Both the position numbers and the translations under genes were made by a program. From Bacteriovoracia bacterium (GTDB taxonomy: Bacteria > Bdellovibrionota > UBA1018 > JBFWNL01): a DNA stretch of 64,000 bases. Position 1 is the first letter of the stretch. Every line of letters starts with the position of its first letter. This document shows positions 1 to 9,783 of this stretch, one piece after another. The stretch is from positions 64,001 to 128,000 of the forward strand of contig JBFWNL010000002.1 of the NCBI GenBank assembly GCA_050251055.1, in the 5' to 3' direction. Below the pieces are notes generated by a model that made no database searches, was not told where the DNA came from, and saw only the letters and a list, made by a program, of their open reading frames with translations.

Positions 1-475
1 CTTCGATCGCCAAGCCCGTCAGGTCATCGGCGTGCAGGATGCGGTGCTTGCCATGACCGCCTTCCCGGTGCAGGTCGAATCCGACCTCGGAGTCCGCGCG
101 CTTGGCTTGCGGATTCGCCTTCGTGAAGGGCACGCCCCAGTCGATGAGTTCACGCACCCGCGCCGGCCCCTCGCGCACGCACAAATCCACAATATCCTCG
201 TGACAAAGTCCGGCGCCGGCCACGAGCGTATCCTGCTTGTGCTCCTCGAAGCTATCTTGCTTGGAAAGCACGGTGGCAATACCGCCCTGGGCGTAGCGCG
301 TGGCTCCCTCATCCGCCCGGTCTTTGGCCACGAGAGTCACTTGCTTCACCTGGGGAAGCGCGGCGAAGCGCAGAGCCGCGCTGAGGCCGGCGATGCCGGT
401 GCCGAGGATCAAGACTTTGGCGGTGCCAGGGCCGGCGACGGTATCGGGCTGTCGATTTTTTGTCGCTTTATCCAT
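1..475 (-). CDS. nadB: L-aspartate oxidase, 5' part (runs off window start)
   Basis: Manual reverse-strand translation from ATG at 475: VLILGTGIAGLSAA (FAD-binding), TRYAQGGIA, HKQDTLVAGAGLC, LHREGGHGKHRILH. Not in the ORF track because its stop lies outside the window. Confidence 0.9.
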   Translation of the reverse strand, partial: MDKATKNRQPDTVAGPGTAKVLILGTGIAGLSAALRFAALPQVKQVTLVAKDRADEGATRYAQGGIATVLSKQDSFEEHKQDTLVAGAGLCHEDIVDLCVREGPARVRELIDWGVPFTKANPQAKRADSEVGFDLHREGGHGKHRILHADDLTGLAIE

Positions 476-542
476 TTCAAAATCCGCGTGCTACAATGGT
501 GAAACGGGGGCCGGATGCCCCCGGAGTGAGTCGGTACATACC

Positions 543-2390
543 ATGGATTGGCGTCAGGCGGCATCTCGAATCTATTCCCTTACTTTACGCAAAGTCGGCG
601 TGGCAGCGTTGCTGCTCACCTGCGCGGCCGTCGGTATCTTCCTCGTCGGCAAGCTCCTAATGAACGCCAAGCGCGAGGAAATCCTGGAGATTCGCCTAGG
701 TTCGCTCGAAGTCCAGAACTCACTTGTGGAAGAGGAATTCTGGCGCGCCATCGAAAAGATCCGCGGCACCACGGTGAGCGTGCTGAACTACCTGGACCAG
801 CGCCCGCGCGCGGAAGCTCAGGGTCCGGGCGCCACCCAACCCCAGCTCACTGGCGAACTGCTGCTCCACTGGGCCGAGCTTTCCATTAGCGCGAGCGAAG
901 GCTTGGAAATCGGCCGAACTGCGCGCAACCCCCTACTTGCCACGCGCTTGCCCCAAACCCCGAAACTATCGCTCACCTCGCCCGCTCCGGCGGCGGACGT
1001 GTCCTTCGAGGAGTTCTACCTTTTTTCGCTCAAGAAAAAGCTCAGCTTGGAAATGGCGAGACGAAGCGGCGTTTCGCTCGTGCGCATCAAGCCCGACTTG
1101 GACGGCCATGTCGAATGGCTGGCGATCGGCTTTCTCGTGCCCGTCTCCCAGAGCAACATGGATTTGAAGTTCGTCGTCGCGCTCGTGGACCCAGCTCAAG
1201 GTTTTCCGTTTCTGGCTGATTACCAAAAGCGTAATCCCGGCATCCGCGCGTCGCTGGTCTCGAGCGACGGCGTCGTGCTCGCCCACTCCGAGGCCGAACG
1301 CAACGGCGCCGATGTAGGCACTCACCCTCTCTACTCGGACGGCATCCGCAAGCTCTTTGAGACCAACCAGGAAAAGGGACGCGGGGTTTTCGGCCGCGCG
1401 TTCACCGCGTTTGTACGTCCCAAGCGGCTACCCCTCTCAGTCGTACTCGAGGATTCCAACGGCCAAGATCTTTCCGAATTGGAACACCTCTCCACGCATG
1501 CCTGGCTGAAACTATTGCTGGGCACGCTCTTCGGCGTAGGCGCCTTCGCGGTCATAGGCGCCATCTGGCTGGCCTACCGTACTTCCAAAGCAAATCAAAC
1601 CATCCACCCGGCTCCATCTAGCGCGTCTTCTGCCACGCCTGGCGTCTCCTCAGAAATTCCGGTTTCCGAGCTGCCCGAGATGCCCGTGCGGCCCGAAGGA
1701 ATGGCTCGCCCCGCGGAAATCGAAGCGCTTCGGCGCGAACAGGCACGCCCCCAAGTTCGCCCCACGGCCAAGGCTCAGTCCAAGGCCGTCACGCCGCCCG
1801 TCCTGACCGACGAGCTGCCCGTGCTCACCCGCCGCGAGGCTCTGGAAGTGGTCGCGCGCTTCGAGCTCAACGCCCAGCATTTTTCCGATCCCCGGCTCAT
1901 CGCCGCGATGCTCGCGCAGTCGGCGTCCAGCCTAGCGAGTAGCCCCGTCCTCTACTTCCGCTTCAACGAACGCACGAAGCTGGCGATTCTCGAAAACGAC
2001 GCCGGATTTCCGGCCGGTGACGCGCCGGCGGCCATCGCTTTTCAAGTGGATCCCGAATCGGTCTCCCAGATCCAAAACTGCGTCGTACGCCGCAAGCTCG
2101 CCTCGCTTGCCCACTACGAGCCCGTCACGCGCATGCTGATGGAGCGTTTAGGGGTGGCCGTCTTCGAAGCTTGGGCGGTAACGACGCCCGGTCCCACGCC
2201 AGACGTGACCACGCCCGACGGCGCGACGATTCGCCTTCACGGAATATTGATCATTCTCCAGTCCGGCGTGCAGAGCTCGATCCATCGTGACGCGCTCGTG
2301 CACATGATGAGATCCGCCGGCGCGGCGTACGAACGAACCGCCGTCCCCCAAATCAAGGTAGCCTCCTCACGCACCATCCATGCTTCCTAA
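543..2390 (+). CDS. Membrane protein with periplasmic Cache-like domain, Pro-rich linker and possible GAF-like C-terminus
   Basis: Start taken at ATG 543 (MDWRQ). Two hydrophobic helices flank a segment with ASLVSSDGVVLAHS (Cache-like). No kinase, GGDEF or MCP motif seen. Overlaps alr start. Confidence 0.55.
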   Translation: MDWRQAASRIYSLTLRKVGVAALLLTCAAVGIFLVGKLLMNAKREEILEIRLGSLEVQNSLVEEEFWRAIEKIRGTTVSVLNYLDQRPRAEAQGPGATQPQLTGELLLHWAELSISASEGLEIGRTARNPLLATRLPQTPKLSLTSPAPAADVSFEEFYLFSLKKKLSLEMARRSGVSLVRIKPDLDGHVEWLAIGFLVPVSQSNMDLKFVVALVDPAQGFPFLADYQKRNPGIRASLVSSDGVVLAHSEAERNGADVGTHPLYSDGIRKLFETNQEKGRGVFGRAFTAFVRPKRLPLSVVLEDSNGQDLSELEHLSTHAWLKLLLGTLFGVGAFAVIGAIWLAYRTSKANQTIHPAPSSASSATPGVSSEIPVSELPEMPVRPEGMARPAEIEALRREQARPQVRPTAKAQSKAVTPPVLTDELPVLTRREALEVVARFELNAQHFSDPRLIAAMLAQSASSLASSPVLYFRFNERTKLAILENDAGFPAGDAPAAIAFQVDPESVSQIQNCVVRRKLASLAHYEPVTRMLMERLGVAVFEAWAVTTPGPTPDVTTPDGATIRLHGILIILQSGVQSSIHRDALVHMMRSAGAAYERTAVPQIKVASSRTIHAS

Positions 2391-3531
2391 CGACATCGCT
2401 CACCCCCGGGTAGTGGCCAAGCTTAGCTCGCGGGGACTGCTGCGCAATTACCGTACGATTCTCCAGAGAGCACCGGGCCACGAGATCATCGCCATGGTAA
2501 AAGCCAACGGCTACGGACACGGTGATCAGTGGGTCGCCACCGAGCTGTTGCAGATGCCCAAGCTGCGCGGCTTTGGGGTAGCGACGTTAGAGGAAGGCGC
2601 GCAGATTCGCCGCGACCTCGGCGCCAAGGGGCAATCCACTGAAATCATCGTGTTCTCGGGCGCCACGCCTTGGACGGATGAAAAAGGCGCGTTTTGCCAA
2701 CGTTACGGTCTAACCCCCGTCATCGCCTCCGACGCGGATTGGGCGGCCTTCTACCGGCGCGGTTGGCCGACAAAAATTTCATACGAGCTGAAATTCAATA
2801 CCGGCATGAACCGCTTAGGCATCTCGCACGAGCTGGCACGTACGGTAGCCGCTCAGTTGGCGAAACAGTCTTCGAGCTGGCTACCCGCAGGCGTGCTCAC
2901 GCACTTGGCCGAGGGCGAAGCGCCGAACACTCGGCTGAGCCGCCGACAACGCGCGCTTTTTCAAGAGATCCGCGGCGACTTCCACGCTCGCTTCGGATCC
3001 GTGCGCTACCACATGGCCAACAGCGCGGCGATCTGGAACTTCAAGGCGTGGGGGCTCGAAGGGCTTACGCATTCCGTGCGGCCGGGACTGGCGCTGTACG
3101 GAATCGAACCGTGGGAAGGCGCCTCGCGGGCTGGCCTCGACCACGTCATGACCATCCACGCGCGAGTCGTGCACGTGCTCACCCTCCAGCCCGGGGACTA
3201 CATCGGCTACGGCGGCATCTACCAGGTGCCTAAAAAATCCAAACCCGTGCGCGCGGCCATCATCGCCGCCGGCTACGCCGACGGAATGCACCGGGAACTC
3301 GGCAACGCGGGTGAAGTCTGGGTCGGCGGCAAGCTCGAGCACTACCTCGGGCGCATCAGCATGGATCTGAGCGCGATCAGCTGCGGCCCGAAGGTCAAGG
3401 CCGGGGACTGGGTAGAAGTGCTCGGCCCCCACATTCTTCCCTGGAAACAGGCAAAAAAAGCCGGTACCGTGCCCTATGAGCTGCTGACGTCGGTATCGAA
3501 CCGGGTCGAGCGGCGCAACCATAGCGTTTAA
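2380..3531 (+). CDS. alr: Alanine racemase
   Basis: AMVKANGYGHG PLP-lysine motif, NTGMNRLG, RPGLALYG, GYADG, GRISMD, YELLT. Confidence 0.95.
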   Translation: MLPNDIAHPRVVAKLSSRGLLRNYRTILQRAPGHEIIAMVKANGYGHGDQWVATELLQMPKLRGFGVATLEEGAQIRRDLGAKGQSTEIIVFSGATPWTDEKGAFCQRYGLTPVIASDADWAAFYRRGWPTKISYELKFNTGMNRLGISHELARTVAAQLAKQSSSWLPAGVLTHLAEGEAPNTRLSRRQRALFQEIRGDFHARFGSVRYHMANSAAIWNFKAWGLEGLTHSVRPGLALYGIEPWEGASRAGLDHVMTIHARVVHVLTLQPGDYIGYGGIYQVPKKSKPVRAAIIAAGYADGMHRELGNAGEVWVGGKLEHYLGRISMDLSAISCGPKVKAGDWVEVLGPHILPWKQAKKAGTVPYELLTSVSNRVERRNHSV

Positions 3532-3543
3532 AAGCGGTTCACC

Positions 3544-4320
3544 ATGCCGGAAACCCAAAAGCCGCCCGCGATTCGGGTGGAAAATTTGCACAAAAGCTTC
3601 CGCCAAGGACGCGATAAAGTCCTCCAAGGCGTGACCCTTGATTTTCCCGAAGGTGAACTCACCTATATTTTGGGCCCCTCCGGCACGGGAAAGTCAGTGC
3701 TCATCAAGCACGTGTTAGGTTTGCTCAATCCCGACCAGGGCCGCGTTTTCGTCCACGGCAAGGACATGCGCCAACTCAAGGGCCGCGCGCTTGCCCACCA
3801 TCGCATGAAATTCGGCATGCTTTTTCAAAATTCCGCCCTCTTCGATGACATGACGGTGTACGAGAACGTCTCTTTCCCGTTACGCGAACACACGACGCTT
3901 CCCGAAGCGGAGATGAAAAAACGCGTGGAGAAGTCGCTCACTCTCCTGGGCATGCCTTCGGGTTACGACAAGTATCCGAACGAGCTCTCGGGCGGCATGC
4001 GCAAACGCGTCGGCCTCGCGCGAGCCATCATTCGCGAACCGTCGATCCTGCTTTATGATGAACCCACGACCGGCTTGGACCCGGTGACCCGGCTCACCGT
4101 CGACGAGCTGATCGAAAAATTAAAGCGCGAGCTCCACCTCACGTCGATCGTCATCAGCCACGACATCGCTTCCGCGCTCTTGCTCGCCGATAACATCGCT
4201 TTCTTGTTCCAAGGCAAGGTCGTTTTCTTCGGCAAGCCGTCCGAGTTCAAGCGTAGCACTCACGCCGCGATCCGCGAGTTCCTAGATGCGGAGCGTCGCA
4301 CCGTGACGGCTTTCTCCTAA
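3544..4320 (+). CDS. mlaF: MlaF/Ttg2A-family ABC transporter ATP-binding subunit
   Basis: GPSGTGKS, GMLFQNSALFDDMTVYENV, ELSGGMRKRVGLARA, LYDEPTTGLDP, SHD. Confidence 0.85.
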   Translation: MPETQKPPAIRVENLHKSFRQGRDKVLQGVTLDFPEGELTYILGPSGTGKSVLIKHVLGLLNPDQGRVFVHGKDMRQLKGRALAHHRMKFGMLFQNSALFDDMTVYENVSFPLREHTTLPEAEMKKRVEKSLTLLGMPSGYDKYPNELSGGMRKRVGLARAIIREPSILLYDEPTTGLDPVTRLTVDELIEKLKRELHLTSIVISHDIASALLLADNIAFLFQGKVVFFGKPSEFKRSTHAAIREFLDAERRTVTAFS

Positions 4321-4361
4321 GCCTATCCTAAAGGTAATAAGCTTGTTACACTTTCCCCAAT

Positions 4362-4994
4362 ATGGATCAGTGGTTGGTTCGTACGGCCAAAAATAAGGTG
4401 ACCGGCCCCTTTACCGGGGATCAGGTGCGCCAGTTCATCCGAGAGAAAGCGCTCGGCCCATGGGACGAGGTTTGCTGCGCAAACCGCTACTGGTTTTTCG
4501 TGCGCGAAGCGGCTGAAGTGCGCGAACAGCTCGGCATTCTTCCACCCGTGTTTTCCTCGGCCGACGAGGAGATTACCCAGACGGAGACGATTACCCGCAC
4601 CGACGCCTCGAGTGCCCGCGCCGCGCCCGCCGTGGAGAAATCTTCCCTGCTAAAAGAAAAAGAGTCTGCCGCGACCGGAACCCCCGGCGGCCCGACTAGC
4701 GACGACCAACCCATCCCGGATCTACCGGCCGAAGCGCTCACCGACGGGGACACGGCGATGATTCAAAATCAGGCTTTGCGAAGGTTCCAACCCAAAGCCC
4801 CCACCAGCGCGGATGTCGGCAATCCCACGCTAGAGCCCGTCCAAACGCCACGACCGAAGGCTTTCAAAATCCACGTGCCGCTGACCGTGGGTCAGATCGA
4901 ACGCCAGTCCATCTGGCGCGGGATCGCTTGGGCATTGGTGATCCTCACGGTTTTTTTGGGAATCGTGCTTTTCCAGGTCCTGCAGACGCATTAG
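4362..4994 (+). CDS. Hypothetical protein: N-terminal GYF_2-like domain, disordered linker, C-terminal membrane anchor
   Basis: WLVRT...TGPF...IREKAL...DEV...W pattern; hydrophobic C-terminal helix. Confidence 0.55.
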   Translation: MDQWLVRTAKNKVTGPFTGDQVRQFIREKALGPWDEVCCANRYWFFVREAAEVREQLGILPPVFSSADEEITQTETITRTDASSARAAPAVEKSSLLKEKESAATGTPGGPTSDDQPIPDLPAEALTDGDTAMIQNQALRRFQPKAPTSADVGNPTLEPVQTPRPKAFKIHVPLTVGQIERQSIWRGIAWALVILTVFLGIVLFQVLQTH

Positions 4995-5403
4995 GCGAGC
5001 GCGGGTCAACCCACCAAATGTCGGTGAAAATGGGCGGGGTTTCCGTCGGAGATTTGGGCGCCGTCGGCAGTAGGGCCTTGGATTTTTTTTTCTGACCCCG
5101 GCGGGGAGGTTCATCGCCGATTTTTTCCTCGGGGACTTCCTCGGTCGGCTCGACGGGTAAGCGATTCAACATTTCCAGGATCTGCGCCTTGCGATGGTGT
5201 AGCTCCGACCGCCAGATCGGATGGTCCACCTCAACCCAAAGCACCCCATTCTTCACGCTCACCGCGCGCGAATGCTTGGCGATCTGGGGTCCCACCGCCT
5301 CCTCCCAACGCGCTAGGGCTTTCGCCTCATCCATGCGCTGGGAAAACTGCGGGTGCTTCCGACGCGCAAGCTCCAGAATGTCTTTTAAACGGTCAAATCC
5401 CAT
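4945..5403 (-). CDS. dciA: DUF721/DciA family protein
   Basis: WEEAVGPQIAKHSRAVSVKNGVLWVEVDHPIWRSEL...ILEMLN pattern, Lys-rich tail. Confidence 0.8.
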   Translation of the reverse strand: MGFDRLKDILELARRKHPQFSQRMDEAKALARWEEAVGPQIAKHSRAVSVKNGVLWVEVDHPIWRSELHHRKAQILEMLNRLPVEPTEEVPEEKIGDEPPRRGQKKKSKALLPTAPKSPTETPPIFTDIWWVDPRSPNASAGPGKARFPKKP

Positions 5404-5550
5404 GTTCTATCTCACCGACCCCCACTCTTTCTCACGCCCCCTAGAAACGCGCAAATAGAAGGCCTATGGTTTAGCGCATCGCGTTAGACACTGGATCTTC
5501 CTCAGGTTGGAAACTCATCGGGTTCTCTGTTATGCCTCTGAAAGACCCCT

Positions 5551-8124
5551 ATGAGCGAAAATACGAACGACCGCAGCGACCAAACAGCCCCCTCCGCCCA
5601 CCCCACGAATGCCTACGATTCCGAGCGGATCGAAACGAAATGGCAGGACCGCTGGGAACTGGAGCACGTCTGGAACGCGGACGAGAAACCGGGCCAGAAA
5701 AAATACTACGTCCTCTCCATGTTTCCCTACCCGTCGGGAAGGCTGCACATGGGACACGTCCGCAACTACACTATCGGCGACGTGATCGTGCGCTTTCGTA
5801 AAGCCCAGGGCTACAACGTGCTCTCGCCCATGGGCTGGGACGCGTTCGGCTTGCCCGCCGAAAACGCGGCGATCAAGCACAAGCTCCACCCCCAGAAGTG
5901 GACGCTCGACAACGTCGAGACGATGAAAAAACAACTGAAACGCGTGGGCTTCGGCTACGACTGGCGCCGAGAAGTCACGACCTGCCTCCCTGAATACTAC
6001 CGCTGGGAGCAGTTGATCTTCACCGAGATGTTCAATCGCGGCTTGGCTTATAAGAAAGCCTCGACCGTGAACTGGTGCCCGAGCTGCGCCACCGTGCTCG
6101 CGAACGAGCAGGTGGAAGACGGCCGCTGCTGGCGCTGCGAATCGGAAACGACGACGAAAGAGCTGGAACAGTGGTTTTTGAAGACCACCCAATATGCCCA
6201 GGAGCTTTTAGACGATCTCGATCGCCTGCCGGGTTGGCCCGATCGCATCCGCTCTATGCAGCGCCATTGGATCGGACGCAGCGAAGGGGCGGAGATCCGT
6301 TTTCAGCTCGAAAACGGCAAGCATTTGGACGTGTTCACCACTCGCCCCGACACCCTCTTTGGCGTGACGTACATGGCGATTGCGCCCGAGCATCCGTTAA
6401 CGCTGGAGCTGTGCCGAGGGAAGCCCACGGAAAAGGACGTGCGTGCGTTCGTCGACAAGTGCCGCAAGCAGGATAAGGTCGCCCGAACCGCCGAAGACGC
6501 CGAAAAAGAAGGCGTCTTTACGGGAGGCTATGCCCTCCACCCGCTCACCGGGGCCAAGGTTCCCGTTTTCGTCGCCAACTTCGTACTCATGGACTACGGA
6601 ACGGGAGCCCTGATGGCCGTGCCCGCGCACGACGCCCGCGACCACGCGTTCGCAAAAAAATACCGGCTCGAGATCAAGGAAGTGGTCAAGCCTTCCGCCG
6701 CCCAAGGCGGCCCGCTAAAAGACGTTAAACCCGTGTCCGAAGCTCCATTTACCGAGCCCGGAGTGATGATAAATAGCGGTGCGTTCGACGGGATGGACTC
6801 CGAAAGGGGCAAGACCGCCGTCATCGCCGAGCTCACGAAAAAGAATGCCGGCAAGCAAGCCGTCAACTTCAAGATGCGCGACTGGGGCCTTTCCCGCCAG
6901 CGCTACTGGGGCGCGCCCATCCCCATCATTTACTGCGCCCAGTGCGGTACCCTGCCCGTGCCGAAGGAGCAGCTGCCGGTCGTGTTGCCGGTGGACGTCG
7001 ACTTCACGGGCGAAGGCGTCTCTCCGCTCGCCAAGCACCCCGACTTCCTGAAAACCAAATGCCCGAAGTGCGGCTCCGGCGACGCCCGCCGCGAGACCGA
7101 CACCATGGACACGTTCATGGAGTCTTCTTGGTACTATCTGCGCTACACCTCACCGGGCTACGATGCGGGCCCATTCAAGCCGGAGAATGCGGCGTACTGG
7201 CTGCAGGTCGATCAATACATCGGCGGCGTGGAGCACGCGACCATGCACCTGCTCTATTTTCGCTTCTTCCACAAAGTGTTGCGCGACATGGGCTACCTGC
7301 CCAAGAACATGCCGAAGGACGCGCTGGATGAACCGGTGGCGAACCTCTTCAATCAGGGCATCGTGTATAAAGATGGCGCCAAGATGTCCAAATCCAAAGG
7401 CAACGTAGTCGAACCCGACGCCATCATTAAAGAGTACGGTGCCGACACCGCGCGCCTGTTTTCCATGTTCGCCGCCCCCCCGGAAAAAGTGCTCGAGTGG
7501 TCGGAAGCCGGCGTGGAGGGTTCCTTCCGTTTTCTAAACCGTATCTGGCGCCTGGTGGAAAAGCATGAGTCCATCCTAAAGATTGCGCCCTACGCGAGTA
7601 AGCACGCCGAGCTCAAGATCGACGCTTCGAAAGCCCTGCGCGCGAAAACGCACCAAACCATCCAGAAGGTCACCCAGGACTTCGATCACGGCTATCACTT
7701 CAATACCGCCATCGCCGCGATCATGGAGCTGGTGAACGAGATCTATCTGTACCCCGTCCAATTCGGCGTCGACGAGAGCCGCGCCGTCCTCCGGGAGTCG
7801 ATCGAAACCGTGCTGCGGCTCTTGCACCCGTTCGCCCCGCACGTGACCGAAGAACTATGGGAACGCTTGGGCGGCGCCCAGATGCTTGCGGGCATGCCCT
7901 TGCCGACGGAAGACCCCGAAGCCATCAAGAAGGACGTGGTCACCGTCGTAGTTCAGGTCAACGGCAAACTACGGGGAGATGTCGCCGTGGGCGTTCAGCT
8001 TGAGCAGGAAAAAGTCGTGGCGCTGGCCAAGGAACACCCGAAGGTCTCGGGACATCTCGAGGGCAAGGCGATCGTGAAGACCATCTTCGTGCCGGGCAAA
8101 CTAGTGAACTTCGTCGTCAAATGA
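5551..8124 (+). CDS. leuS: Leucine--tRNA ligase
   Basis: MFPYPSGRLHMGH (HIGH), KMSKSKGN, editing domain FTTRPDT; precedes lptE-holA. Confidence 0.98.
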   Translation: MSENTNDRSDQTAPSAHPTNAYDSERIETKWQDRWELEHVWNADEKPGQKKYYVLSMFPYPSGRLHMGHVRNYTIGDVIVRFRKAQGYNVLSPMGWDAFGLPAENAAIKHKLHPQKWTLDNVETMKKQLKRVGFGYDWRREVTTCLPEYYRWEQLIFTEMFNRGLAYKKASTVNWCPSCATVLANEQVEDGRCWRCESETTTKELEQWFLKTTQYAQELLDDLDRLPGWPDRIRSMQRHWIGRSEGAEIRFQLENGKHLDVFTTRPDTLFGVTYMAIAPEHPLTLELCRGKPTEKDVRAFVDKCRKQDKVARTAEDAEKEGVFTGGYALHPLTGAKVPVFVANFVLMDYGTGALMAVPAHDARDHAFAKKYRLEIKEVVKPSAAQGGPLKDVKPVSEAPFTEPGVMINSGAFDGMDSERGKTAVIAELTKKNAGKQAVNFKMRDWGLSRQRYWGAPIPIIYCAQCGTLPVPKEQLPVVLPVDVDFTGEGVSPLAKHPDFLKTKCPKCGSGDARRETDTMDTFMESSWYYLRYTSPGYDAGPFKPENAAYWLQVDQYIGGVEHATMHLLYFRFFHKVLRDMGYLPKNMPKDALDEPVANLFNQGIVYKDGAKMSKSKGNVVEPDAIIKEYGADTARLFSMFAAPPEKVLEWSEAGVEGSFRFLNRIWRLVEKHESILKIAPYASKHAELKIDASKALRAKTHQTIQKVTQDFDHGYHFNTAIAAIMELVNEIYLYPVQFGVDESRAVLRESIETVLRLLHPFAPHVTEELWERLGGAQMLAGMPLPTEDPEAIKKDVVTVVVQVNGKLRGDVAVGVQLEQEKVVALAKEHPKVSGHLEGKAIVKTIFVPGKLVNFVVK

Positions 8125-8735
8125 CCCGCTTACGCATACCCCACTCCTTCGCATTCAGCGTGCTGGTCGCGGCACTGGGCATAACCACGGCGTGTGGTTA
8201 CACCATGCAAACTTCTTCAAACCCGGTGCTGGCCTCGCGTGGGGTAAAAAAGGTCTACATCCAACCGATCCGTAACGAAACCTACAAAGCGGGCGTCGAG
8301 AACGTGCTTTACAACGCCGTTCTGAAGCGTATTTCCACGCATGCCCAAGTAAAGATCGTGCATAACCGTGAGGATGCCGACGCAATCCTAACCGGCATCG
8401 TCGAAGCGGCGGCTTACAACGCGGCCGCCGGTACGAACGTTCGTAACCTTCCCGGCGCGAGTCCGACCTTCCAAGCCCAGCCCGTGCCCATCGACGTGGC
8501 CAGCGTGTACGGCGCCAACCTGGCCTGCACCTTCGCACTTTCGCGCACGAAGAACGACGAACGCCTCTGGGGATCTGGTTTTTCCCGAAGCCGTACCTTT
8601 CCCGCCAACAACCAGCTCGGCGTGTTGGGAACGACGTCCGCCCTGATCAACGACAGCGAGTTCGATCGTGCCATCAGCGAGCTGGCCGACGAGATCGCGG
8701 GCGACGTGCACGAATCCATGTTTTCGATGTTTTAA
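8121..8735 (+). CDS. lptE: LPS assembly lipoprotein LptE
   Basis: Lipobox TTAC-GY; canonical position between leuS and holA. Confidence 0.8.
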   Translation: MTRLRIPHSFAFSVLVAALGITTACGYTMQTSSNPVLASRGVKKVYIQPIRNETYKAGVENVLYNAVLKRISTHAQVKIVHNREDADAILTGIVEAAAYNAAAGTNVRNLPGASPTFQAQPVPIDVASVYGANLACTFALSRTKNDERLWGSGFSRSRTFPANNQLGVLGTTSALINDSEFDRAISELADEIAGDVHESMFSMF

Positions 8736-8747
8736 AGGAGTAGGGCC

Positions 8748-9779
8748 GTGCCGAAATTAGAACCCAAAGTCATCCAGAAGGAACTTGAGTCCGGGCAATT
8801 TTGGCCAGTGTACTGGCTCTACGGGCCCGAGCGCATGAAATCGGGCGAACTCCTCAAACGGATCCGTAAATCCGTATACCCCGACGAGACCGACGGCCGC
8901 CAATCCCTCTCGGTCGACTTAATCGACGGCGCGGAAACGGACGGCGTTTCGATCGTTGATTCGGCGAACACCTTGACCCTAGGCGGGAGCACCCGCTTGA
9001 TCATTGTCCGTGACGCCCAGGCCATCGACGAGCCGGAGGCGCTCGGCTCCTTGCTGGGACCCCGCGCCCCCCTGGATCAGCTTCCCAGCATCTGCGTTTT
9101 TCTGGCCAATAACCTGGACATGCGCACGAAGTTTTCCAAGGTACTTTTAGAGAAGGCAGCCGTCGTCTCTTGCGAAGAAGTGGCCGACGCCGATCGCGAA
9201 GCCTGGGTGCAGTACCTGATGAAGCGACGCAATCTCCAACTCGCGCCCGCCGTGGCGGGCGAACTCGTGGCCCGGCTACGCGCGCTCGACCCCTGGTCGC
9301 TTGAACTCATCGATCAGGAACTGGAAAAAGCTTCGCTCTGGCTAATGAACGAAGCGGGCGACGGCGATGCCGAGCAAGTCGGCGCGGCCTTGCAGCAGAA
9401 CCTCAAGGCCGAGAGCGGCGACGCCGAACACTTCTTGGCTTACTTTTTTTCACGCCAGTACGAAGGCGCGATGAAGGCCATCCAGAACTTCGCCAACCAG
9501 CCCGAGGAATCGCTCCCCCTGCTGGGCCTGCTTGCTTGGAATGTACGCCAGCTCGCGCTGCTCGTGGAAGACCGCCGCCGCGGCACGCGCAACGCCAAGC
9601 TCAACCCCTACGTGGCTGATCGCTTCAATGCCTGGGTCCGCCACTGGCCGATCGAAGATGTGCTGGAGCTGCAAACCCGTTTGGCCGATCTCGATTTTTC
9701 CTTCAAGCAAACCCCGCGCTTGCCGCTAGGACTATGGGGCGACCTCGTGGTCCGCTTCTGCCACGCCCCACGCGGCTAA
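8748..9779 (+). CDS. holA: DNA polymerase III delta subunit
   Basis: PVYWLYGPE start, RLIIVRDA, ELEK; GTG start with AAGGAG RBS; synteny with leuS-lptE. Confidence 0.85.
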   Translation: MPKLEPKVIQKELESGQFWPVYWLYGPERMKSGELLKRIRKSVYPDETDGRQSLSVDLIDGAETDGVSIVDSANTLTLGGSTRLIIVRDAQAIDEPEALGSLLGPRAPLDQLPSICVFLANNLDMRTKFSKVLLEKAAVVSCEEVADADREAWVQYLMKRRNLQLAPAVAGELVARLRALDPWSLELIDQELEKASLWLMNEAGDGDAEQVGAALQQNLKAESGDAEHFLAYFFSRQYEGAMKAIQNFANQPEESLPLLGLLAWNVRQLALLVEDRRRGTRNAKLNPYVADRFNAWVRHWPIEDVLELQTRLADLDFSFKQTPRLPLGLWGDLVVRFCHAPRG

Positions 9780-9783
9780 GCGT

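Noticed and set aside
300-542. Extended ORF-track starts (300, 14771, 20281, 26197, 27579, 29130, 38171, 42144, 50379)
   Set aside because: They overlap neighbouring genes or regulatory sites; downstream starts with RBS, promoter or coupling evidence were used instead.
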